DNA of 62,658 nt, counting the filler, from Nemertoderma westbladi (Eukaryota; Animalia; Xenacoelomorpha): the NCBI GenBank assembly GCA_032718475.1. It is 3 parts of 3 records of this genome, joined end to end, with 100 filler letters (N's around TTAATTAATTAA, not from the genome) between each part and the next. Parts side by side here need not be neighbours in the genome. Positions count along the whole stretch, not along the records: positions 1 to 28,739 come from JAUCBJ010001742.1; 2 more parts are not named here. One strand, 5' to 3'. Positions within the stretch are counted from its first letter, which is position 1. Each line of letters starts with the position of its first letter. A program made the translations under genes and the position numbers. Of the stretch, positions 1 through 14,800 are shown piece by piece. The notes under the pieces are model-generated. The model had not been told where the DNA came from. It saw nothing but the letters and a program-made list of their open reading frames with translations, and did no database searches.

Positions 1-212
1 TGACTTTTTATTAATTATAAAAAAAAAAAAATATATAGTGAAATAATTCATCACTAATGTTTATTTTATTTTGAAATAAAGGTAAATTAAATAGCCATTT
101 TCATGAACGATATTTTATTAAGTGTTTGTATGTTATTGTGAAATAATTATAATTTTAATGAATAATTATTATCATATCAAACAAGTTAGCATTTTCATTC
201 AGTTACAGTCAT

Positions 213-305
213 GGGCCAAAACGTCCGGGCCGAATCGTCCGGGCCGAATCGTCCGGGCCGAAATGTCCTGGACCGAAACGTCCTAGGCCGAAATGTCTGT
301 ATACC
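213..305. repeat. 14-15 bp tandem repeat (GGGCCGAAWYGTCC x6) ending TGTATACC; probable terminus of a non-autonomous DNA element
   Basis: Six units are visible. The architecture matches the terminus at 41409-41486 (14-bp units ending GGAGACC). Confidence 0.65.
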
Positions 306-1580
306 TCAAACATCAACTGTAAGTTTGTATAATGTATTACCCAATGAATAGCTCTTCCCAGTGAATCCTATGACAATAGTCTATAAGGTTACTCACTCTT
401 ATGTTAAGTGGGAGGGAGTTGATGAAAATGAATGAGGAAGGACCCAACTAACACTACGTTAGTCTATGGAGGGTCGGTCTCCTTACAGATGATGAAATCA
501 TCAGAAAATGAATACAGAAAATGAATAATATGACTCATATTACTTACTTACGTACCTAGAGAACATTAGTAAATGTGTCAAACCCTAGTATTATTGAAAG
601 GTGGTTTAATATTTACCTAGTTTCACCAGAAGTGACCTAACAGACTTCATTGTTTATATGAAAAAATTGACCTACCACTACTAACCCGTTTAATTTAGTT
701 GGATTGTTTATTATATTTAATTCTATGTAACGAGTATTGATATCAACATAATTCCATTGTTGAAAGTTCATATACTTATTTTGGTGAAAATTTCAGAAAA
801 AACTCAATATTACATAATTTAACATATTGTATTGGATTGTGTTGAGAACTTGTACGTGATTTCAGGGAACGATTTTGCTGCCAAGGCTAACTGTATACAG
901 AAATCTTATATTTTTGTCGTATTATTATTCATTTCCCATGCCTAAAACATTTATGCTTCGATTGTATTGAATGGCCCATAAGGTTGTTTTTATTGTTGCC
1001 TAACAACGGCTGTAGTATTATTGAACTCTCATTGGTAGCAGCCGAAGTTGATATCCCTGCGTCTTATTGGCTGTTCTATTCACTGGGCATTGTATATAGT
1101 CGTTGTCAACCCTTACAGGCTAGCTCTTTTGATTTTAACCTAAATAACACCTTAGGTTTTTGTATTGATTTCATAAGCGCCATTGTGCCACTTTAATTAC
1201 TGTGGTTCACAATATTTACCTAATCACTTCATTGTAACTAGTCATTTACTCTAATCATTTGTATTAACAACTAATATTTGCACTACTTGTTGATGAATAT
1301 ATTGGACTAAAGATCAAACCAACTTGATTCCCACACGATAAATGTAAGTGCGCCTGTCAGTAATAAGATTCGGTTCATTTAATGCAAATGTGTGAGTCCA
1401 CAATATTGTTATATTATTCCCAACTAGTAGCTACTATTATACTATATTATACTATAGATACGGCTCTACCTTGAATGTAAAAATTGAGTTACTTTTTATA
1501 AATTTGCTAGTGTTAGACGTAGAATGAAATAAAATGTTTCTTCATTATTACAGTAATTCGACGAACTATATTCTCTGAGT

Positions 1581-2298
1581 ATGCCGAAAGCTAGCCAACT
1601 TGGTCACCATGGTTACCAATAGACCACACGTGGTATTACCATAGAAACGAGGCGCCACCATTGGCAATCCGAGAGAACACGACTGCAGGGGATATGATGA
1701 CAGATATCTACTGACACTCTGGCAACAATAATATTCTAGAACTTTCGCAAAGACACGACGCTTCTACCTACAGAATACCGCCGGATTTCCTAAACAAATC
1801 GAAGCGAAAATATAAAATTGGAAACTCTTTTTCTTTCCACGACAACCGACACCAGACGCGCGACTACGGGGTTTATTTCGACGAGAAGTTTGGGAAGTTT
1901 AAATCCTACGGAGATAAGCGGCAGCATCTGTCTGCGAACCACATCGAGTGGGTGAGTGACACAGCTGGGCGAGGTACCCGGCCCTACACGTCGGTTTACC
2001 GGAGGAGTTTCAACCGAGTCTCGTCTGTAACCCCGGATACAACTGCGGGGATATTGCTTGATATCCCTCCTGTATTCCGGGCCGCCACCTCGGAATCATT
2101 CTGACCCCACTCCCGCTTCCCCCGTGTCTACCCGACCCCGTAGTCAGGGCGACTGATCGCTCGGAATATATCCGGGTTGGTATGACAGCTCCTCATTCCG
2201 GTTCATTTAGGACTCCTCTTCGCTCCATCGCTTTGGCACAGGAACCATTCCAGAAACCCAATAACTGGCGATATTCAAACAGAGGCGTTAAAATATAA
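1581..2298 (+). pseudogene. TEX36: TEX36/HDNR-motif family gene, intronless and disrupted
   Basis: Manual translation gives MPKASQ, then TWYYHR...RIPPDF...NSFSFHDNRHQTRDYGVYFDEKFGKFKSYGDKRQHLSANHIEW...SRFPRVY, then TPLRSIALAQEPF..NNWRYS. This fits the HDNRH..G.Y.D..DKRQH.S.N...W and RFPR pattern of TEX36. Lesions: frameshift near 1600, in-frame stops at 1712, 2102 and 2141, frameshift near 2180. Confidence 0.7.
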
Positions 2299-4314
2299 TA
2301 GGATTTATTTGTATATTATTAGGTAATAAAGAATTTTAATTAACAATTAATTTGTTTAATTATATCAGCTGATTTTGAAAAGTCCAAATTTTGCTCTCGT
2401 AACTCCTCCGACATTCTCAAAATGTTTCTATAAAATATATTAGGTAATATTAGGCAGACAACTGATACGGATGTTGAAATATTTAAGGCAACACTTATGA
2501 GTTAAGGTGCACCTTAGCTAAGGTTGATTTATATGCAACTGGCCTGTTACGGTATATGCGCTGTATACATATATTAGTCAGTTATACTGTACATATATTA
2601 GTCCATTATACAGTATAATATATTAGTCCTTTATATAGTATCATATATTAGTCCGTGATGCAGTATAATTATTTTAGATAAGGCATAATAGCGCAGTGAC
2701 ATTTAGATAAGGAGAATAAAACGCCCATATATTTTAAATTCATCCATTTTGTATAGTATGTAGCCCTACCTATGTAATTTTGTAATAGGATATAAGTAGA
2801 TAGTTCCAGGGTAGCAAGTTCTTGTTGGACCCTGGATATGGGCTTGCTATTATTAGCCTTGATGGGGCTAGCTATTGGTTTTAATTTTCTCTATAATGCG
2901 CTAAATTAACCTTTGTGCATCATGTTATTAGTACCGCTAAATTAAGCATTGGCAAAATTACCTTATATGGTGACGAATTGTGGGTTTTAGGAGCAATAGG
3001 TTCACAATCCGGCTCTCTTATTGGCCTAACTGCTTCCAGGTTGGTCTAATGATAGCTCGGATTGGGGAGCCAATGAGAGATCGATTGCATCACCTTTCTC
3101 AAATCACCTATAAATTGGCGTTTTGCCGGTATGTGCTGTGTTAGTTACAGTAGTGATAGTTTCTTCTTGATTATTCAGAGTTTCGGATACATTTGTGCGT
3201 AAATTCTGTATTTCTGCTTTTTTCGGAATTATTTTCTTGCAATGATTAGCTAGATTCTTGCTTGTGTTTCTCAATCAATCCCAATGATTGCTGTCAATTA
3301 CACTTGGAACTATGATTTCTACCTTTTAGTAAATGGTTCTATGTGATTTATTTCGACGCAATAATCCCACGGGATTTCTTAGACTGTCAGACTTTGTGAT
3401 TTGCATGTGCCGTTACGGTAGCTACCCATAGGATGGAGAGCTAAGTTACCGATAGGCGCAGGGTGCATCGGGGGGTTAGCGACGAAGGGAGCGCGGAGGA
3501 TTCAAAGGCGGGCAACGCTGGCATGAAGGTCACCGTTGCGGTTGGGCATTTGGCAGTGTAGAGCGGAGACCACTCGCTAGTACAGTAATTAGGGGCTGAT
3601 GATCCAGATTTTGTCTCTATTTTGTAGTATTAGGGGGGCAGGAATTGGGTTAGTTAGGAAGCCTAGATGTACTCGGGAGAGGCCTACATGCTTTACATAT
3701 CGAATTGCGAGTTGCGGTCGTTGCGAATAGCAAACGGCACTGTATTGTGAACTATTGATTGTTACGCTGATTGGTGTGTTACTAAAGTGTGCCTAATAAA
3801 TCACGAATGCTTAGATAGGCACTCTTTTCCCTTTGATTGATTTCTATTTCTTAGTTACGAAATTAATTATTGCTTAGGTTGAAAATAATACAGTATCTTA
3901 GGCTGTTACTAGTGTGACCCGGTGTGTAATAAATTAGAATTGCGCATTCTGGAATACTTAGTAATTAGTACGCTGTTACATATTTGTGACTGTAATTAAT
4001 TAGTAAAATTAAGAATTTGTACGCAGCATAGCGGAGAGTAGTTAAGGTAATAATTTAAAGTACCGTAAACTATTCATGCTGGGCGGTTATTTGAATTAGC
4101 GGGCAATAAGTTAGATCGCAGTATACAGTACGCAAAACGCATTAGTAATTTGCTGGCCTAAAGCCAGCCGTAGGCAAGTTTAGTCCCACAATAGGTATTA
4201 CCCCTAAATAAAACTGTACCATTTTTGATTATTTAAATATTCTCACATTCACACATTCCATTAGGGAACCCCAGTATTTGCGATTAGACGCGATTGTTTG
4301 CGATTAGATTAGAG

Positions 4315-4583
4315 TATAAAAGACGTAATTATTAGCGCGTTTTAAAAGTAAGATTAGGCCATAAGAATACACTCTGAGTGTAAGGCCTCTCACACTCGTC
4401 TTAAGTCAGCTTAGGGAGTCGATTCAGGTTTGTTGTTTTGGTTATTCCCGCTTGGCTCATATATTCGAACAGTTAGCTCTCTATTGAGTAATTGATAGAG
4501 AAAGTAACGAGAATTTAGCAGGAGCCGTAGAAAATTAGGAAATATATTAGCGGACGGCAGATTAGCGCCATCCAACGGTAAGT
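4315..4583 (+). promoter_or_regulatory. LTR TATA-like box (TATAAAA near 4315) and consensus splice donor CG/GTAAGT (4578-4583)
   Basis: Motifs are visible. The donor is also present in the 3' LTR (24147), and AATAAA lies about 50 nt before the LTR end (7588; 24214). Confidence 0.45.
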
Positions 4584-4592
4584 AGTGGGTTT

Positions 4593-7533
4593 CTCACTCC
4601 TCTACGTATACACGGATACTCACTACCAATTACTAACAACAGACAATACGGAAAACGTCAGAGGGGCGGGACAGCCATATACCTAAAAAACGGACTAGAC
4701 TACACACACCGTACAGATATTACAATTGAACACTGCGAATCTTCTTGGGTTAGTATTTCTAGAACAAAAAAATCTAAAAATATAAAACCAATATTAATAG
4801 GCAAAATTTATCGCCCTGATTCCTGCGATCTAAATAATTTTCTAGAAAATGTCAACAATTTACTTTATAATTTATCAACTCAAAATCTTGACGTTATTTT
4901 AACCGGCGATTTCAATTTAGACCTTTTAAAAAAATCAAACAACGCTATTAAATACCTACAAGTTTTAGAATCATACTCCTTCGAACAACTAATTAAAGTC
5001 CCAACTAGAATAACCCCCCATTCCAAAACTCTACTTGATCACATTTCAACAAATATACGAGATAAAATAATAACTCCCGGTGTTTTCCTTGCAGAAGTAG
5101 GTACAACTGACCACTTAGGTACATTTATTACAATTCAAAATTACTCATGTTTTTTTAACCCACCTGAAACACGTTACACTTACGACTATTCTAAATTTAA
5201 CAAAGAAAACTATCTAAACGATTTGCGAGAAACCAGCTTGTGGACATATAAAAATGATAATATTATGACTGAAAATAAATTTGAAGAATTTTACAAAAAT
5301 TTTGAAAAAATAACGAGTAAACACCTACCGAAAAAACAATTAGAAAAAAATGAAATACCAAAAAAACCATGGATGACCATAGGACTGATTAAATCGTCAA
5401 TAACTAAAAATAAAATGTACGCCGCTCTCTCAAAAAATACGACAGAAGAAAAATTAAAGGAATATAAAAAATACCGTAACAAATTTTCGAAAACTCTAAA
5501 ATCTGCGGAAAAATTATATTATGCAAAAGAATTCGACAAAAACAAAAATAATATGAGAAAAACATGGAATACAATAAATTCAGCTTTAAACAGGTCAAAA
5601 CCGAAAACTTCACCAAAAAAACTAATTATTACTGATAAGAATGGAAATAATAAAGAAATTACTAACCCCAAGGAAATCTGCAGTGTTTTTAACAACCACT
5701 TTGCTACTATAGGAACTCGACTGGCACAAGAGATACCCACAACAAACAGAAACCCAATACGTTATATAAACCACAAAAAACCAAACTCCTTCTCACTTGT
5801 TGAAACCTCTAACACTGAAACTATTTACAACATACTAGATCTCAATAACTCAAGTTCAACTAATGACAGCTTCCCCATCACTCTAGTTAAATTAGCAGCG
5901 TACGATATTGCACCACATTTGACATATCTGATAAATCTCTCTATTAAAACCGGTTCATTCCCATCCACTCTTAAATCTGCTAAAATTACCCCAGTTTTTA
6001 AATCCGGCGTCCCTACTGACAAAAATAATTACAGGCCCATATCAATATTACCTGTATTCAGTAAACTCTTTGAACGCGTAATCAACTCCCAACTAATCTC
6101 TTATCTAGACAAGTACTCCATACTCTCACAATACCAATACGGATTTCGAAAACAATCTACAACAACAGATGCCATACTGACTGTAACCGAAAAATTACAA
6201 AATATTCTAGAATTACAAGAATCTGCCTGTTTGATATCAATAGATCTTAAGAAAGCCTTCGATACTTTACAACACAATATTCTCTTAACGACGATACAAA
6301 CCTACTTTACAATCACAAAGACCTTGAAATACTAACTGAAACTGTAAATACCGAACTTAATAAAATTGATCTATGGCTAACCGACAACCAACTATCATTA
6401 AATCTTAAAAAAACAGAGTATCTATTTTTTACAAATAAAAAAGAAACAAAACACAATAACATAAAAATACGTAATCAACCAATAAAAAATGTAAATGAAA
6501 CAAAATTTTTAGGAATTTGGATAGACAGAAAGTTATCTTGGAAAAATCATTGTGCTTATGTTTTGAAGAAAATCTCAAAATCAGCTGGTATATTTTTTAA
6601 ACTCCGACACACTCTACCACTACGTATAAGAAAATTACTCTACTGTTCACTGATACAACCTTACATTAATTACGGTATAGTGATCTGGGGTAACGCTCAA
6701 TCTACACATACAAAACCTATTAAAATTAAAATAAATAAACTAGTCAGAGCTAGCTATTACCTTCAGTCACTACAGAGAACACGCATCACCACTCTACAAA
6801 CAATTAGATATACTACCGATTGAAAAACTGCATTTTCTTGAAACAGCTAAACTAATGTGGGAAATCCACAATAACAAAAAACAAAATTTTATCACTTCGT
6901 TGTTTCAACAAACATCTACTGTACATACTTCCAACACAAGATCAACAACAAGAAAAAACTACTATGTACCACGGACCCGACTACTACAAGGACAGAAATC
7001 ATTAAAATATAACGGTGTCATTGTCTGGAACACGCTAGATGTAGATATGAAACAAAGTAAATCGAAAAAATCATTAGGAAGAAAATTAAAAATTAAACTA
7101 ATAAATGAGCTACAGTAAGATAAAATACGAGAAATAAAATACAAAAAAATATAAAATATTGCGATTTTATCCAGTTTCAACTCCTAAAAATACAAATTAA
7201 ATTAATTGAATAAAAAGTAAAATAAATATACAGTACTTTGTGGGAAAAACGAAAAAATGGAAATCGCCTGAGCTGTTGCTGGTTGGATAGGCTAGTACCA
7301 CCCCACCCACCCCCCCCCCCCCCCCCCCGAACTGGTCGTTGATAGCAGTTGACAAAACTAGCTTCGGCTACTGCCAACTACTATCAGTGCACTATTATTA
7401 CCAACATTCAAAATTATTAAATTGTTAAATGCTTACCCTGCTAATTAAAAATTAAAAATAATGCAATTATTGTTATAATTATTGTGTACGACCACTCGGT
7501 ATAAATAAAAATAAATAAATCTCAATCTCAATC
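4593..7533 (+). mobile_element. 5'-truncated CR1-group (L2/Crack-like) LINE inserted in the 5' LTR
   Basis: APE motifs (RGGGTAIY, IYRP, TGDFN, PTRIT, LLDH, TDH) and RT motifs (NYRPISILP, QYGFR, IDLKKAFDT). An internal deletion near 6288 jumps to DDTNL. The 3' tail is AATAAA...(AATCTC)n, and the LTR resumes at 7534. Confidence 0.92.
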
Positions 7534-8883
7534 TTTTGTACTCCGCAGCCCTACATTAGTAATTATACGCTCCTGATTGCCCTGTTTAATAAATAGAGCA
7601 GTTTGTGTTTTTATTGGTTAGGCCGGGTAGTTTGTTCGAAACAGTAAAGCACGTTTTGTTTTGCTGTACTGCGTACAGTAAGACAGAGAGTGTATTCTTT
7701 AGGCTGTTAGTTTAGACTACTGTTAGTTTTGTTTGTTTTGCTGCCTTTCAACAGTAAAGCACGTTTTGTTTTGCTGTACTGCGTACAGTAAAGTACGATT
7801 AAGATTGCTGTATTAGGTACTGTACTGCGTACGGTGAGACAGAGAGTGTATTCTTTAGGCTGTTAAGTTAGAGTTTGGTATTCATTAGTCGCAATACAGT
7901 AGTACAGTAGTGCATTAGGCTGATTTCTGTTACTGCGTACAGTAGAAAAGACATTTGTTTTGCTGTACCACATACAGTATTCATTAGGCTGTTAGGTTAG
8001 TGTACTGTTCTAGTTACTGTACTGCGTACAAGTGGATGTACGGTAGTGCGTTTACTAATCACAAATACAGCAGTTCATTAGGCAAGCTGTAATTAGTAAG
8101 TTTTTGAAAATATTAGCTAGGTTTGTGAGAATTCAGTTTCGGTCAAAATTATTTTGTAATAAAATCTAGAGTTTTGTACCGGTATATTAGATAACCGCTT
8201 AGTTGTTTTATACCATCTGGAGATACATGGCAAGACGGAGCTTCTGAGTTTGGGGTTCGTGTGGGTCTGCGGGTTCGGTTTGCAATCCGTGAAAGGACTG
8301 AAACTTTGGACGCGGATGTGGAATCTCACAGCAAACAAGGTTAGTTGTTCTGTTGGCACCATTGTGTTTGTGGAAGCAGTAAAAAATTATCGGTTGTTTA
8401 ACTGCGAAGCTGAACTCAATTTATTAGTTAGGTTAGTTAGGTTTAGCCGACCATGTTTTTTGAATCGCTCAAGTTAGAGAGAGAGAAAGAGAGAGAGTCG
8501 CAGCGCAAAGATGTAGCCACGCGCTAGTGGATACATATAATATTTGAAATTAAAATTGCGTTAATTAGAGCTGTATATGCAAAATTAGAAATATTTGGGT
8601 GGCAAGTTTATTTTGAATATTTTGTATTAGATTCAAAGTTATTTTGTGCTATACCGGTATTTAAATGCTATATAATAGCTATAGAATAATATTTATGTTT
8701 AAATTTTGTATTGGTATTTGCTACAACTATATCCTATTAAATTCCCAATATTGTATTGCGAATTTATTTGACATTTTGAGACCAACCAATTATTTGACAA
8801 ATAATTTAACCGCATTGCGATTAAATTATATATATCTCGAATTTTGCGAGATTTTAGCCGGAAGGCAAAATATTACTTAGACA

Positions 8884-11800
8884 ATGAGTGTCTCAGACAA
8901 GGAGGCACTAGAGGACAGCTATGAGACGGCGGCCGGGCCGCCGACTGATACAGTGTAGACATAACTGTTGACGACAATGCCGACTATGACGACGCAGCGA
9001 GTGATGCTGATGTAAGTGAACAGGAGGACGAGACAGTAACCAGTGAGGAAGAGCAAGGTGAGGTAATAGTATTAGGATCCCCTACCACTACTGTAAGGAA
9101 GGATTGTATAGCAACCCGGCCAGAGGTGAGTGATAGGGAGGGTAGTATAGCAGAAGCGAGAGCCCGGAGCCCGGTTTCCAGACCTGTGGGCATGGTAAGT
9201 GCCGTGGTCCCAGCGGCTATAAGGAGTACCCGTAGTTCCCGAAATAATCCTTCAAGTCCACCGAGTGTGAGTCAGGTAAGCGAGAGAGAACTAGACATTG
9301 CGATAAAGAAGAAACTTCGTGCGCATGCCGGACATATAACCCGGACGGCGGACAAGGTAAGGAAGATGTTAGCCAACTCAGCGAACATCGGAAGGGAAGG
9401 GTTAGTAGAGATTAGAAGAGGATACAACTCAGCGTTATTCAAGCAGACAGAGGAGCTTGCAGTCCTAGCAAAGAAAGCAGTGGAGTCTCAGTCGAGCGAC
9501 ATGGCGACGATGATTTACGATAGGGTTTTAGCAGCCTTGTTGGAGCACCGCGCGTTATCGGAGCGATTTCGACAAGTTAGGACGGATAACTGGTTGCTAT
9601 GGGCATCACAAGCGCAGGCAACTCAGGTGAGCGGCGCAGAGTTGAGAGATTTAGTGGAGCGAGAAGAGACGCAAGATAAGGAAGTGCGCCGTTATCAGAG
9701 GGAAGTTACCAGTTGGCTGATGCAGAGTGGAGTGGTGGTACCGGGCCAGGTGCTACCAACGACGGAGAACATCCAACAGAGGACGTTGACTCCACCCGAC
9801 GACGCATCTAGAGACAGTGGCGATTCCCAGGTTAGTCACGCGCGAGGTAAGGTTATATGTGCTAGATCCCTTGTTTCTCACAACTCGGCAGAGGAGAGAA
9901 GATGCCGACTGGACGAACAACAGGCGGAAGTTTTGCGTGCAGCGGAAGCACGGAAGGAAGCTGAGCGGGAATGGGAGCGCACACGTAAGTTAGACGCGAG
10001 GTTGCGAGAGTTGGAAGATAAAGGTAAGCGTGAGCAAGCGGAGCGTGAACAGAAGGAACGCGAACTCCAACTCGAACGCGAACAGAAGGAATGCGAACTC
10101 GAACTTGAACGCAAATGCAAGGAACGCGAACTCCAACTTGAACGCGAACGGAAGGAACGCGAACTCGAGATCGAGAAGGAGCGACAGGCGTTGTATGAAG
10201 AAAAGAGGCGTGTGGAAGAAGAGAGCGCAGCGAGATGAGCAAGGGAAGAAGAAGAACATAAACTGGCGCAGTTGGAAAGTGCGAGATTAGATTTAGAGAG
10301 CGAAGAACGGACCAGAAAGGCGAATGAAATCGCCGAGAAGGGGATGCGAATGATCGAAGAATGTGGGGCGAGTGTAGGTACCGAGTTGCGAGAACTGTTC
10401 GCACTGCAGAAGGCCGAACAGGAAGCGAGAACTCCGACTGTATGTGAGTCGACGACGACCAAAATTCCTATACCCGGTCCAGCTATTACAAGTACTCGGA
10501 TTGCTAAACCGTTCGCTACATATCGCACGCCAGTTGGTATTAGTGCTTCACCCATCGTGCAGGATCCACGTCATCAGAACACCGCACCAGTACATATCGA
10601 ACGTGAGAACGAAGAATTTAGAGGAGAAACTCCAACGGGACGAGTATTTGGCGAACCGAACCCGCGGGTTTGGAATACACGGACAGAGCGCCGACCCAGT
10701 TCGACGGAGAACTTCCGGGTTAAACCGGAAGAGGGATCATATGAGAGACAGCGGTTTACTCAGATAGAGCCGACTATACAACAGAACCCTAGCCAGGAAT
10801 TTATTACGAGGGATGAGTTAAGTGCTAGTTTAGCGCAAGCTATTTCGCCGCACATCCAACCTATAACGGACATGCTTAGTAACCTGCAGTTAAAGGAAGC
10901 AGCCCTGGTAAGAAGTAATTCAAATCCTAGCAGGCCTGACTTAGATAAAGTCCAACCTAGTCAACGAGTACGTATATCGGAGGCAACTATACCACATAGA
11001 CCTCAGGTAAGGACGCCTGTCCCGACTATTTCTAATCCCAATTTCGAAAATTTGGCAGAGAAGTTTATACAGGAGGCTTGGGTCAGGGCCTCGGGCCAAC
11101 ACGAGCGCTAAGGACTGACACTGAATCAATCGATGAAGAGGAAGACATGAGACGTCAGAAGTCCCGAATCTATAAGGAAAGAAGGACGGACGCGGAGCAG
11201 GTAAGTTTGAACCACCGGGAAAGGACCAGACTTAATAACCCTGCAGAACTAAACCATTTGTTAACCCGGAACGACGCAACTCTTAGAGACATAGGGAAGT
11301 TTGCCGCTAGGCAAGGACTACCGCGCAACAACCCCAGAAGTTTATGGGCAACCATAAGCACTGGAGGACATTCAAAACTTATGCCGATGAACAGCTGACC
11401 AACAGCACCTTTACTCCCAACGAGAAGTTTAACTATTTGCTTCAAATGCTCCATCGAGAACCTAGAGTCATTGCTGACAATTTTGTTGGCAATGAAAGAG
11501 CGTTTGAGTTAGCAATAAAGACACTTAGCGACATCTACGGGAATAAAACCAAGATGGCACAGTCGATAGTGCAAGACTTGAGTAAAGGCGGAAGGATAAC
11601 AACTCCGTTAGAGCTGTTGAACTTAGCGAACGCTATTTCGAACGCATTGGACATCTTGAGGATGGTGAATCTACCTCATCATGGTGATCACGCCGAAGTT
11701 TTAAAGAGTGTAATAAGATGTTTAAACATGCGTTACAGACAGAAATGGCGCAAATTAGAGAATAAGTTGGAGGGTCAAGGTAAGGTGTTGACACTTCAAC

Positions 11801-14800
11801 ACATTCATGACATGATAGCCACAGACGCAGTAGCAGAGATGAAATCAAATTTCTCAGAGGAGAATATGAGAGAGTCTAAACCTGTTACTGGTAAGTCTAT
11901 GGTAAGTTTTGACGATGACAGGACCACTGTGACATTTAACTCAGTAGACAGATATAATTCGAGTACCCCAGCCTTTAGATCAGACTCGCGAGTATGGTCA
12001 GGTGAGCGGTTAGATAGACCTAGGTTAAAGCAACAAGAGTTGCCGGATGGATTTGTAGGTTGCCAATTCTGCTTACTAAGGAGGTAAGATCTGACAATCA
12101 TAAGTTAGATAGTTGCAGACGGTTCAAATAATTAAATTTGGAACAGAGAAGAGTTCAAGTGCGGACGTTGGACACCTGTTGGGCATGTCTTGCACCAGGT
12201 CATGTACGGCGGCAGTGCCCGAACAGCAAGGACGGATGCATGGAATGCGGCAGACTACATCACAAGTTGCTACATGCAGATTTCCATACCCCAATGGATC
12301 GTTACTTACAGCGAAATCCTCAAAGGAAGGGGAGCAAAGAACCCGTATCGATAAGGAGAAATACGTACACCGGCATTCAGGACGATGGTTATCAACCAGG
12401 TTTGTCGGACGAGGATGGCGAGTCGAGTGCGAGAGAGGTGACCTGCCAAGGTTTCACCGCGGATAGTTCATCGACCAGCGCGTGGACGTATTTATCATCG
12501 GCCACGTCGGAGATATTTAGCGTGATTCCGGTGAAACTTACCAGAGATAAGGGATTGAAAAGAATATATGTGATGTTGGACACTGCGTCCACATTATCCT
12601 ATATCAACGAGGAAGTGGCGAGAGCCGTTTCTAGCTTCCAAGATGCCGAGGAGATCCAAATAGAGTTGAAGTCTATGCACGGGGTAGGGGACACAGAATT
12701 TTGGTAGAACTAGACTCCCTACTTCCGAGAGAGCAACACACTCGACAAGAACGAAGAGCATTGCCATTGGACGGATTCAAGTGTCTAGCTATGAAGGGGT
12801 TCGGCAGGCAGTTAGGTAAGGTGCCACCGATGAGTCCCATAGCACAGGAGTATTTTGACAAGGTTAGAGTACCGAGACACCAGGTAGGTTATAGGAATGT
12901 TTCTATGTTAATTGGTGCAGAACAGCTGATCACACACCAGATATGGAAAACGAGACCAGCTGAGCCGCATGTAAATGGACCACATGCCCATAGGACTATA
13001 TTAGGTTGGTATACAAGAGTGCCCATGTCCTATGAGTTTACAGGTGGCGACAAGCCAATAGACAGATACAACGAATTACAGCCTATAGCTGAACCACCGT
13101 TAGTAGAACCACCAGACATAGACGAGTTTAGGAGAACTTGTATTGACCATTATAGTGACGTTAGCGAGTCGGACGAGGAGTTGATTCCCGATAATGTTAG
13201 GTTGTCGGAACCACTTCACAATGACCAGACAGATAGTGAACCCGAGGACTACTGTTATCAGACCCGTGGGTCTGGTTCAGCGGCCCACGCTACCTATTTG
13301 AGTAACATTTTGACTTATACCGACATAGTGGAGGGTCAAGTGGCTAAATATTGAGACCTAGACATTTTCCAATACAGTGAGGAGGAGTTGCAGAAGGAAT
13401 TGATACGCCAGGACCTTGAGACAGGAGCCAGAACCGTCGAATGGCTGGATAAGGACGCAATGGAACCCGGTGGATATGACCTAGCCATGTCTACTGATGA
13501 GAAACGGGCGCTGGAGATGATGGAAGATACCATACGTCTGCTACTGACTGGACATTTTGAAGTTGGAATGTTGTGGCGTCGACAACCACCTAAGTTGGAG
13601 AACAACTACAGCTTAGCCTTGAAAAGATTGAACGGAATAAGGGCTCGGTTGTTAAGGAATCCGGACATTAGGGAGAAGTATTGCGCCCAGATCAACAACT
13701 ATTTTGCCAAGGGATTTGCTGGGAAGGTAGAGGAGCCGGACTTAGTGACGGACCAGACTTATTACCTCCTACACCACTATGTGACTCACCCTGACAAACC
13801 TGACAAAGTCCGAGTAGTCAACGACTGCGCAGCAGTCTACAGAGGTATGTCCCTGAATTCAGAGTTGATGGACGGTCCCAACCTGAACAATTATTTGATA
13901 GGTATACTTTTACGTATTAGACAGCGGCGATTCGCATTTACTTGTGACATCGAGGCGATGTTTCACCAGGTAAGAGCCTGTAAGGCAGACCAGGATAGTC
14001 TTAGATTTCTCTGGTTTGAGAATGAAGACTTATCCGGCCCAGTGGTTACATACCAGATGTACGTTAGGATATTTGGCGCCCGCGATAGTCCAAATGGCAC
14101 GCTGTTTGTTCTAAAGAAAACGGCAACAGCCCAGATTGGTAAGTACCCAGTAGAGGTTATTGAGTCCATCTTGAGAAACTTCTACATGGACAACGGATTG
14201 GTGTCTAAGGACACAGCGGAATAAGCCATAGAAGTGGCTCACGGCCTGCAAGAGTGCTTGGCTACAGGGGGATTCCCTCTGACCAAGTTCACTACAAACT
14301 CGGAGGCCCTATTAGAATCGTTCCCGGTGAAAGATCGCGGGAGCGGAGACATTGAATTGGGGGTAGAACCCATCCCCATGACACGAGTACTGGGACTCGC
14401 TTGGAATCCGAACACGGATAAGTTCCAGGTAAGAGTTAGATTTGAGCCCAGTAGTCCAGACAAAGTTTTGACAAAGAGAATTTGCTTATCGACATTGAGT
14501 AGACTATTTGACCCGATGAACTTTATCAGTCCGGTAATATTACAGGCACGAGCGTGCATGAGGAAAATTTGGTTGTCCAACCTCGAGTGGGACGAACCAA
14601 TATCTCCTATACATGCAAAGCAGTGGAGAGAGTGGGAAGCCGAGTTACATCTATTGAAAAATATAGATGTACCCCGTTCCTACTTTCCGAATCAGCTGAT
14701 ATTCCCAGCTGATCTCGAACTCCATTTGTTCAGTGACGCAAGTGACACCGGATTTGGTATGGTAGCCTACCTTCGCCGAGAGGTAAGTCAGGACAAGTTT

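Larger units (their letters stand above)
2545..7643 (+). repeat. 5' LTR of the BEL element (about 2.15 kb), interrupted by a LINE at 4593-7533
   Basis: 2545-4592 plus 7534-7643 aligns to 22116-24270, with roughly 25-30 differences counted by eye. Confidence 0.95.

Noticed and set aside
9862-10555. Minus-strand ORFs over Gag
   Set aside because: Shadows of the low-complexity E/R/K coiled coil.
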